From Lingula anatina (lineage: Eukaryota; Animalia; Brachiopoda), in the NCBI GenBank assembly GCA_051362555.1, contig CM120646.1, positions 23,870,001-23,934,000 of the forward strand: a stretch of DNA of 64,000 nt. Direction: 5' to 3'. The translations under genes and the position numbers were made by a program. Shown here one piece after another: positions 25,975-36,184 of the stretch. The notes beneath the pieces were generated by a model. That model was not told where the DNA came from. It worked only from the letters and a program-made list of their open reading frames with translations, and ran no database searches. How positions within the stretch are numbered: position 1 is the stretch's first letter; the number at the start of each line of letters is the position of its first letter.

Positions 25975-26057
25975 TGATGATAAGTATTTTATAACAAGCA
26001 GCTGCTATTATAGTATTCCACATATTGTTTCTACTGCAGTACAACAGCGGCTTTGTG
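25975..26057 (-). pseudogene. Relic of exon-1 start and 5' UTR of an array gene
   Basis: Similar to ...TGATGATAAGTATGATACAAGCACCTGCTATTACAGCAATCCACATATTGTTTTCTACTGCAGTA...; reads MWNTIIAAAC and then shifts frame. Confidence 0.7.
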
Positions 26058-26107
26058 TGATATACCCGCCTTAAAACTAGTAAAGGTCAATCCCCGGCGT
26101 TGACATA

Positions 26108-26408
26108 GGCCGAATTCACATCGAGTTGAGCCATGGCTCTACAAAGCCACGACCTAAATATGGCGGACGTACACGAAAGGAAACCGCCTAATCTTTTAAT
26201 AGTCTCTCCGCCTCTCACACGCCTCCCCATGTGTCGTCCCAATGGAGCCGAGATTTAGTGACTGTACCCCCGCAGGGACAACGCATGGGGAGGCGTGTGA
26301 GAGGCGGAGAGACTATCAAAAGATTAGGCGGTTTTCCTTTCATGTACGTCCGCCATATTTAAGTCGTGGCTTTGTAGAGCCATGGCTCAACTCGATGTGA
26401 ATGCGGCC
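26108..26408. mobile_element. Palindromic MITE (PIF/Harbinger-like termini)
   Basis: ~130-bp inverted arms GGCCGAATTCACATCG... / ...CGATGTGAATGCGGCC around a ~35-bp spacer; ATA on both sides. Confidence 0.85.
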
Positions 26409-26835
26409 ATAGAATATGATAATATATGAGTAGAAAGAAGCTATAATCACCTTGTTTTTTAAAAATTCGTGCGGAATCACAAGTCAGTTCAGTCAGTTAA
26501 GGTGAATGTGACACCATGGATAGCAGTTTTATATTAAAGTTGTGGTTTTGAATTGAGTTTAGCGGTTTGTTGTAAAAAAATGAATAAATGCTGTTTATAC
26601 CTGGGTTCACATAACACACCAAGTGTCACGAGTTCGGACCTTATAAAGCTTCTTTAACTTTGTTTTATTCAATGCAAACTAGGTTCTATGACTTTATCTA
26701 TGAATTGATTACATCATTAGATGTCCTGAAGACACTTTTGATTTACTCAGTGTTAACAAAAAATACATCCATGGTACATAATATTATAGAACATACTTAT
26801 TATAACCCAAGCCGTTCAGCTAAAATTTATGTAAG

Positions 26836-28918
26836 TTAAACCCTCTCTCTCTTCAGAAACCTCTTTCCCAGAGTAAGGATTGCACTTATGATACTTGCTT
26901 TCCCGATACAAAACAAAACATCATACTGTCTGTCACCAACACGTGACACCAAAAATATGTTGATTTCATCCTTTTTACTCCTTCCGTCCTGCATTGCATT
27001 AACTAGCTGTGCCGAGCCGCCTTCTTCCTCTGTCAGAGCATTTTCCAACACAAAAGATTGGACATTAAGTCTTGTAGATGGGCCTACACCCAGGTCTGGT
27101 TTGTGCTTCAGGATCACGTGCTTGGCAACAAGCACCTGCTCTGAACTTGGCGTCAAATCAGGTTTCCTGTAGTTCGGGTATGGGTTATCCAGATAGTCGT
27201 TAGCTAGGCGGAGACCACTAGCAGAGCGACCATAGTCTGTCAGTTGACATGTTCCAATGCGGTAGTTGAGAGAAAGTAGGAATAGGTTAAGCAATGAGAA
27301 TTTCTGGAGACCTTTGCGTTTCATCTTGTTTACTACCATCACCAGACCGACGTGGAAAATTGGAACATCGTACCCTACCAGACCGTCAGCCTTCAAAATT
27401 GCCTGAAAATAGGAGAGTGATATAATTTGCACCTTTGTTAAAAATAACATTTCATAAAAATCTGACAGCATATTTCTAGACATATTGGTGACTATTTTAA
27501 GGAATCTGGTAGGGCCTATGTAGTTTACAACATCTCATAAAAGTCGTGTTGAACATGAAATGATGTTCCATCAAACGAACTATTCATTCAAAGTCTTCGA
27601 ACTCCCACTGTGTGCCACTTGACTAAAGTGCTCACACTTGATATGATAGCTTACACTGGTTCCTGTGCAACCGAGACTGGGACATCAGTAAACATTAATG
27701 GTTTGAAATGAAATTGTGGGTTAAAAAGACTAAAACACTATCGTTAGAATATGTCAAGAAGAATAACCCCTTCCACTCCCACTGTTCTCTATCTGTCAGG
27801 TGAACCAACGACACTATTGTTGCAACCTATGGCTTTAATTGGTGGTTTGCATCAAACTCTACGTAGCCCGCTTTATTCTTTAGAGGTGCGTAAGGGGAGG
27901 AGTAACGAAAAGAGAGTGATTTTGCGGCTGTAGCCAACGGACGTTACAAGTGAAATGATTTATGGGGTCACCGTGCAATGATGGCGTGCATATATGCTGA
28001 CTTGCGTGTGTTAGTGCGGGTCTACTCTAGTGTATTAGTGTACATATGTGTATTTGTGCACGTGATCATGAGTGTGTGTGCGTGTTTGTGCACATGTGCT
28101 TGCGTGACATAGCGAAGAGATTGGCTTTTGGCAAAAGGTAGCAGATGTATAACATTGTGAGCGCTCGTTTCCTCAAAGGTCACAGTGTTTACAAATATAA
28201 CCAATCCGAAACTTACAAAAGGTTATATTTTTTCGAAAATAGCCTCTAGGGTCCTTTTGGAATTCATATGGAAAATTTGGCCCAAAATCCTAGTGGGTTT
28301 TAAAGGATGTCCTATATTGTCCTATAGGATCGTACGGGACATAGGCCCAAACCCCCATGGGTCCTATAGGATCTTATAGGAATTTGGCCCAAAATCCTAA
28401 AGGGTTTTAAAGGATGTCCTATATTGTCCTATAGGATCGTACGGGACATAGGCCCAAACCCCCATAGGTCCTTTAGGATCTTATAGGAATTTGGCCCAAA
28501 ATGTTGTAGGATCCGATAAGATAGCCGATAAAAATTCCCATAAGAATCGTATAAAATCCGCAGGGAGTCCAATAGAGTCCTGTACGTAGGGTTTTCATAT
28601 GAAAAAATTTAGTGTACTCACATTAAACATGACTGGTTTCTCTTGGTGATAGATAATCATAACAATCCTCTTCCCCAAGGCCTCCATATCTCCGTGTAAC
28701 ATGGGGTGTGTGGGGACTGAACCCACTGACTCTACACACACACGCCTCATGTCATCCACGATTCTTTGACATGTCACAGTGTCACGGGGTTCCACCCAGC
28801 GTCTCATCCTGAGTCCCCTGAATAAAGGAAGCCAGGTCCCGTTGGTTGTAGCTCTCAGTAAAAACAGTAAAGTGATGATAAGTATGATACAAGCACCTGC
28901 TATTACAGCAATCCACAT
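26836..28918 (-). CDS. Signal-anchored GNAT-like protein, array copy B (287 aa)
   Basis: Exon 1 28918-28622 and exon 2 27402-26836, GT-AG, intact frame. Confidence 0.85.
28274..28510. repeat. 107-bp tandem repeat in the intron of copy B
   Basis: AATTTGGCCCAAAAT recurs at 28274, 28381 and 28488. Confidence 0.9.
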
Positions 28919-29712
28919 ATTGTTTCTACAGCAATACGACTGCGTCTTTGTCCGTCAAATCAAAATAGAGACCTGCCCAATGCTGAACTTAAATTTTATA
29001 TATATACCAAGATATTGCCAACGGCTATTAAGTTTACATTCACATGATGATAATAGCAAATTTATAGAGAGTGTTTGAGTCACGCGTGCTGTCACTACAT
29101 CCAGGTCTATCTATGGAGTCCACGGTCTAATGCACATTGGTATGAACATACATGTATACCTGTTATGAACCTTGGACAAATAAAACGAACTTCCCTCAAG
29201 GTACTACAGTGGGGTGCAACTGATTTTCTTTCAATTACTCTGTTTACATCCCAATCACGTTAAATTACACCGATTATTCAATAGTGCGTCGTACCTTACA
29301 GTGCTGCATATACCTACAGCAATTTTGGTGATTTTATCTACAGCGGTTACCGAGTTACACCAGTACCCCTAATCAATTGATATCTACAGCCATTTAGTAT
29401 TATACGTTTCCAGGTACTCCCAAGAGGTGAACATGACAATAAATGAACATGTCATGACAATTAATACCGATGCCAGCATTACCTGTTATCTATCTATCTA
29501 TCTATCTGTATATACCGTATATATATCATAGACCCTCTATATGGATAGGCCAAGTATATGCACATTGTAACATTTGGCCCTGGAAAAATGATTCCGGTCC
29601 AAATCACAGGTTCCTATAACCCCAACGACGAGAAAGCAAGAATAGACATTCTCTTTCATATGTCTACCACACCTACATTTGCACTTTCCGGGGTGTATAG
29701 TCTCAAACCTTA

Positions 29713-29751
<39 letters not shown>

Positions 29752-30227
29752 ACGATAAGCTATATGATAAGTAAAATGAAACTAAACCTCATCGTCTTTT
29801 ATCATGAATCGTCTTTTATAATAGTTATTTGTCAAAAATTCCATGTCAAATCTTGGCCTTGAGGTATTTCCTGGATATTCAGATATGCACAAACTACTTA
29901 TAATTTCCTTACACAGTACCGTGCCAACGGGCGAATCCATCCAAGATATTTGATTGAAAACTAGATGCTTATTATTTTCCACATATATCATCAAACCACA
30001 CGCTTATAAATTACAAAAGAGCTCAGGGGTGAAGTGATGAAATGCGAGCACGTGAAGTTTAAGTTCCTCGTGATGATCTACAGAACGGAAAGACAAAGTG
30101 TGCAGTAGCCTATCGTTTTAATTTAATTAAATTTCTTTCTTTCTTTCTTTCTTTCTTTATTTTATCAAAACAGAAAAAAAAACTTCGAAAACGTTGGTTT
30201 ATGTTAAAGCAACGCCTTCCTATGTTC

Positions 30228-30445
30228 CAGTGTGACAGGAATGGTAGTCCTAGGAATGGAAATACTGGGTCCCATATGATTAGTACAGGTTAGAGTTAGC
30301 AGTGTGACAGGAATGGTAGTCCTAGGAATAGAAGTCCTGGGTCCCATATGATTAGTACAGGTTAGGGTTAGCAGTGTGACAGGAATGGTAGTCCTAGGAA
30401 TGGAAATACTGGGTCCCATAAGATTAGTACAGGTTAGGGTTGGCT
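30228..30445. repeat. 72-bp tandem repeat x3, from a dispersed element
   Basis: CAGTGTGACAGGAATGGTAGTCC... starts at 30228, 30300 and 30372; a related single unit lies at ~63860-63960. Confidence 0.9.
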
Positions 30446-31074
30446 GGAATATTGAGGTAAGAGTATGGGGCGAATTATTATTAAAGCTTTGTTTCATGAG
30501 TATAATTTCATTGACAATTTAAATTTTTCATTAATTGTTAATAAGTCATGTATCCACGAGACAGGAGAATATTCCACGACCAATTTGATGGATGCATAGC
30601 TAATGCTGGAGTTAGAAACTACTCTGCAAATATTTGTTGGCTCAATATGAAAGAACTTGATCTGCCGGTGGTAGGGGAATTAGATAGAATAAATTAACTG
30701 TGAGTAGAAAATAGAATTTTATTTTTGAAATATCAATATCTCTTGTTACACTTGTTTTAAAAATGTTTCCCTTTATTCAGAAAAAGTCAAAATAATTTGT
30801 ATAAAATATTAAAAATCACAGATTAAAATATTTGTATTTTTTATTGTTATTGATTCTAATACCTCACCTGTACAAACATAATTTTAATAATATTAAAAAA
30901 ATATTGTTGTTATTTAGCAATAAAAAATACAGTAAAAGGTTATTAATCTACGTTATCAATAATCATATGTCACCAATACGAATAATGCATTTTAATTAAA
31001 GAAATTAAAATGACCCAAAACCGAGTTAATAAAAACCTGCCACTTCAAACCAATATTTTCTTTGTTCATAAAAC

Positions 31075-32311
31075 TCATATCCTCTCCCTTTTAATAAACC
31101 TTGCTCCCACTGAGAGGATTAAGCTGGTAAGCTTAGCTTTTCCCGTGCAGAACAACCCGACAAATTGCCTGTCACCAACACGTGCCATCAAAAATGTGTT
31201 GATTTCATCATTTTTACTCCTGCCGTCCTTTATTGTATAAACCGATTGTGCCGAGCCCTCTTCCTCTGTCAGAGCATTTTCCAACTCGAAAGATTTGACA
31301 TTAAGACTTATAGCCGGGCCAACACCTAAGTCTGGTTTGTGCTTGAGGATCACGTGCTTGGCAACGAGCACCTGCTCTGAACTTGGCGTCAAATCAGGTT
31401 TCCTGTAGTTAGGGTATGGGTTGTCCAGATAGTCGTTAGCTAGGCGGAGACCACTAGCAGAGCGACCAGCATCCGTGAGGTCAAATGTAGTAATGCGATA
31501 GTTGAGAAAAAGTAACAAAACGTTGAGTATAGTGATTTTCTGAAGACCTTTGCGTTTCATCTGGTTTACGACCATCACCAAACCAACGTGGAAAATAGGA
31601 ACTTCGTACCCAACAATGCCGTCAACCTTCAAAATAGCCTAAATATTAAAGTATAAATATCTTATGGCGAATTATACATAGAAAATAAACAATTTCCAAG
31701 GAAGTTTGGTTTACACAGCCATAAAGGAAACGGGGACCTTAACTATAGTCCAAAATGTACCAAAATAATTCTTTTTATTCTGTGATATCTTGTGTATCTT
31801 TCCAAATTCATACCAAAGACATTTTTGCCGTGTTGCATGACTTTAAGAAATGAATAAATGAAACGATTTATGGGTTCGTCCTGCCTGAATGCGTTTATTT
31901 ATTGCAGGTGTGCAGTAGGAGGCTGCTAGCAAGACACAGTCCGTTTCGTTAAATGTCAGGTGTTACCAGATATACATAATCTGTACTTTTCATTAAAATG
32001 AAGTTCCTACTCACATTAAACATAACTGGTTTGTGGTGGTGATAGATAATCATAACAATCCTCTTCCCCAAGGCCTCCATATCTCCGTGTAACATGGGGT
32101 GTGTGGGGACTGAACCCACTGACTCTACACACACACGCCTCATGTCATCCACGATTCTTTGACATGTCACAGTGTCACGGGGTTCCACCCAGCGTCTCAT
32201 CCTGAGTCCCCTGAATAAAGGAAGCGAGGTCCCGTTGGTTGTAGCCCTCAGTAAAAACAGTAAAGTGATGATAAGTATGATACAAGCACCTGCTATTACA
32301 GCAATCCACAT
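31075..32311 (-). CDS. Signal-anchored GNAT-like protein, array copy C (286 aa)
   Basis: Exon 1 32311-32015 and exon 2 31638-31075; 376-bp intron; one codon shorter, with a divergent C-terminal third. Confidence 0.85.
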
Positions 32312-32791
32312 ATTGTTTCTACTGCAGTATAACCGTGCCTGTGTCCGTCAAATGTACGGCAAGGACTAAGTCCAGCCTTATTCTGAATTCGAACTTAGAA
32401 TGCGTATATGTATGTGCGACATGACACGGCCAATGATTTTTCAAGTCACATTCGTAAAAGTAATATGATACTAGGATCCTTATGTTGGGTCCTTATATGA
32501 TAACAGCAATAATTTCAGTTCTGTAAAGACTGTGTCGAGTCACGAATGCTTACACTCCTTTAAACACACTCTGTTGAGGTCACTGCATTAAGGTCACCGT
32601 ACTGAGGACACTTGAGAGCATGGTCCAAGTCACATATATGTGTGACGTCTACATCGAATGGCTAAAAGGGGTTGTGCATGAGGACTACTGACTTTTTTAA
32701 TAATTAATCGGTTTCTATTTTTACTAATACCGTTAAATTACATCAATTTTCACTTGATGCTGCAGCCCTCGGTTACAGCATGATGATGATG

Positions 32792-32875
32792 ATGATGATA
32801 AGTATTTTATAACAAACAGCTGCTATTATAGTCTTCCACATATTGTTTCTACTGCAGTACAACAGCGGCTTTGTG
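32792..32875 (-). pseudogene. Relic of exon-1 start, duplicated copy
   Basis: Paralogous to 25975-26057. Confidence 0.7.
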
Positions 32876-32925
32876 TAATATACCCGCCTTAAAACTAGTA
32901 AAGGTCAATCCCCGGCGTTGACATA

Positions 32926-33227
32926 GGCCGAATTCACATCGAGTTGAGCCATGGCTCTACAAAGCCATGACCTAAATATGGCGGACGTACATGAAAGGAA
33001 AACCGCCTAATCTTTTAATAGTCTCTCCGCCTCTCACACGCCTCCCCATGTGTCGTCCCAATGGAGCCGAGATTTTATGACTGTACCCCCGCAGGGACAA
33101 CGCATGGGGAGGCGTGTGAGAGGCGGAGAGACTATTAAAAGATTAGGCGGTTTTCCTTTCATGTACGTCCGCCATATTTAGGTCGTGGCTTTGTAGAGCC
33201 ATGGCTCAACTCGATGTGAATGCGGCC
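32926..33227. mobile_element. Palindromic MITE, duplicated copy
   Basis: Same TIRs, same ATA flanks and same insertion context as 26108-26408. Confidence 0.85.
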
Positions 33228-33655
33228 ATAGAATATGATAATATATGAGTAGAAAGAAGCTATAATCACTTTGTTTTTTTAAAATTCGTGCGGAATCACG
33301 AGACAGTTCAGTCAGTTAAGGTGAATGTGACACCATGGATAGTAGTTTTATATTCAAGTTGTGGTTTTTGAACTGAGTTCAGCGGTTTGTTGTAAAAAAA
33401 ATGAATAAATGCTGTTTATACCTGGGTTCACATAACACACCAAGTGTCACGAGTTCGGACCTTATAAAGCTTCTTTAACTTTGTTTTATTCAATGCAAAC
33501 TAGGTTCTATGACTTTATCTATGAATTGATTACATCATTAGATGTCCTGAAGACACTTTTGATTTACTCAGTGTTAACAAAAAATACATCCATGGTACAT
33601 AATATTATAGAACATCTTTATTATAACCCAAGCCGTTCAGCCAAATTTATGTAAG

Positions 33656-35741
33656 TTAAACCCTCTCTCTCTTCAGAAACCTCTTTCCCAGAGTTAGGAT
33701 TGCGCTTATGATACTTGCTTTCCCGATACAGAGCAACACATCATACTGTCTGTCACCAACACGTGACAACAAAAATGTGTTGATTTCATCTTTTTTACTC
33801 CTTCCGTCCTGCATTGCATTAACTAGCTGTGCCGAGCCGCCTTCTTCCTCTGTCAGAGCATTTTCCAACACGAAAGATTGGACATTAAGTCTTGTAGATG
33901 GGCCTACACCCAGGTCTGGTTTGTGCTTCAGGATCACGTGCTTGGCAACAAGCACCTGCTCTGATCTTGGCGTCAAATCAGGTTTCCTGTAGTTCGGGTA
34001 TGGGTTGTCCAGATAGTCGTTAGCTAGGCGGAGACCACTAGCAGAGCGACCATAGTCTGTCAGTTGAAATGTTCCAATGCGGTAGTTGAGAAAAAGTAGG
34101 AATAGGTTAAGCACTGAGAATTTCTGGAGACCTTTGCGTTTCATCTTGTTTACTACCATCACCAGACCGACGTGGAAAATTGGAACATCGTACCCTACCA
34201 GACCGTCAGCCTTCAAAATTGCCTGAAAATAGGAAAGTGATATAAATTTGCACCTTTGTCTAAAACAACATTGCATAAAAATCTGACAGCATATATCTAG
34301 ACATATTGGTGACTATCTTAAGGAATCTGGTAGGGCCTATGTAGTTTACAACATCTCATAAAAGTCGTGTTGAACATAAAATGATGTTCCATCAAACGAC
34401 CTATTCATTCAAAGTCTTTGAACTTCCACTGTGTGCCATTTGACTAAAGTGCTCACACTTGATATGATAGCTTACACTGGTTCCTACGCAACCGAGACTG
34501 GGACATCAGTAGATATTAATGGTTTGAAATGAAATTTGTGGGTTAAAAAAACTAAAACACTATCGTAAGAATATGTCGAAGAAGAATAACCCCTTCCACT
34601 CCCACTGTTCTCTATCTGTCAGGTGAACCAACGACACTTTTGTTGCAACCCATGGCTTTAATTGGTGGTTTGCATCAAACTCTACGTAGCCCGCTTTATT
34701 CTTTAGAGGTGCGTAAGGGAAGGAGTAACGAAAAGAGAGTGATTTTGCGGCTGTAGCCAACGGACGTTACAAGTGAAATGATTTATGGGGTCACCGTGCA
34801 ATGATGGCGTGCATATATGCTGACTTGCGTGTGTTAGTGCGGGTCTACTTTAGTGGATCAGTGTACATATGTGTATTTGTGCACGTGATCATGAGTGTGT
34901 GTGCGTGTTTGTGCACATGTGCTTGCGTGACATCGCGAAGAGATTGGCTTTTGGCAAAAGGTAGCAGATGAATAACATTGTGAGCGCTCGTTCACTCAAA
35001 GGTCACAGTGTTTACAAATATAACCAATTCGAAACTTACAAAAGGTTATATTTTTTCGAAAATAGCCACTAGGGTCCTTTTGGAATTCATATGGAAAATT
35101 TGGCCCAAAATCCTAGTGGGTTTTAAAGGATGTCCTATATTGTCCTGTAGGATCGTACGGGACATAGGCCCAAACCCCCATAGGTCTTATAGGATCTTAT
35201 AGGAATTTGGCCCAAAATCCTAAAGGGTTTTACAGGATGTCCTATATTGTCCTATAGGATCGTACCGGACATAGGCCCAAACCCCCATAGGTCCTTTAGG
35301 ATCTTATAGGAATTTGGCCCAAAATCTTGTAGGATTCGATAAGATAGCCGATAAAAATTCCCATAAGAATCGTATAAAATCCGCAGGGAGTCCAATAGAG
35401 TCCTGTACGTAGGATTTCCATATGAAAAAAATTAGTGTACTCACATTAAACATGACTGGTTTGTGGTGGTGATAGATAATCATAACAATCCTCTTCCCCA
35501 AGGCCTCCATATCTCCGTGTAACATGGGGTGTGTGGGGACTGAACCCACTGACTCTACACACACACGCCTCATGTCATCCACGATTCTTTGACATGTCAC
35601 AGTGTCACGGGGTTCCACCCAGCGTCTCATCCTGAGTCCCCTGAATAAAGGAAGCGAGGTCCCGTTGGTTGTAGCCCTCAGGAAAAACAGTATAGTAATG
35701 ATAAGTATGATACAAGCACCTGCTATTACTGCAATCCACAT
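33656..35741 (-). CDS. Signal-anchored GNAT-like protein, array copy D (287 aa)
   Basis: Exon 1 35741-35445 and exon 2 34222-33656, GT-AG, intact frame; closest to copy B. Confidence 0.85.
35097..35333. repeat. 107-bp tandem repeat in the intron of copy D
   Basis: Units start at 35097, 35204 and 35311. Confidence 0.9.
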
Positions 35742-36031
35742 ATTGTTTCTACAGCAATACGACTGCGTCTTTGTCCGTCAAATCAAAATAGAGACCTGCC
35801 CAATGCTGGACTTAAATCTTATATATACCAAGCAACGGCCAAATAAGTCATAAGATAATAGCAAATTTATAGAGAGTGTTTGAGTCACGCGTGCCGTCGC
35901 TACATTCAGGTCTAACTATGGAGTCCACGGTCTAATACACATTGGTATGACCATGTACACATGTACCCGTTATGAATCATGGTCGAAGTAAACAGTCTTC
36001 CTCCAAATAAATAAATAAACGATACGCTAAA

Positions 36032-36184
36032 CAGGTCCGTAGCCCAGGGGGGGGGGGGGGGGGGGGGGTCGAAAGAACTGCCCTTTTATGCGTAAAATTT
36101 ATCTAGGTGCACAAAGGTTTCATTGTAAAAAGTCCGCTTTCTCATGAAAAGAACCCCCTTTTGAATTTGCTGGCTACGGGCCTG
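36032..36184. mobile_element. 153-bp MITE with an internal poly-G run
   Basis: TIRs CAGGTCCGTAGCC / GGCTACGGGCCTG; CTAAA duplicated at 36027-36031 and 36185-36189; empty paralogous site at ~29751-29770. Confidence 0.8.

Larger units (their letters stand above)
25176..29200. repeat. Segmental duplication unit 1 (near-identical to ~31992-36000)
   Basis: Exon 1 of A, the spacer, the MITE and all of gene B recur about 6.8 kb downstream with only scattered substitutions. Confidence 0.9.
31992..36000. repeat. Segmental duplication unit 2 (copy of 25176-29200)
   Basis: Co-linear near-identity with unit 1. Confidence 0.9.

Noticed and set aside
26108-26408. Palindrome as another member of the RNA hairpin family
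   Set aside because: It has transposon-like termini and a 3-bp flanking duplication, lacks the shared core, and its mismatches are not biased to G·U on the + strand; treated as a MITE.
28274-30445. CRISPR-like appearance of the 107-bp and 72-bp repeats
   Set aside because: Head-to-tail units without unique spacers, eukaryotic context, no cas genes.
23427-33992. Plus-strand ORFs repeated over the array exons (23427, 26888, 33708)
   Set aside because: Antisense shadows of the minus-strand coding exons.
25176-36000. Duplication as a pure assembly artefact
   Set aside because: Copies A and C have unrelated introns and different C-termini, and the flanks differ by insertions, which favours real paralogy; read depth should still be checked.
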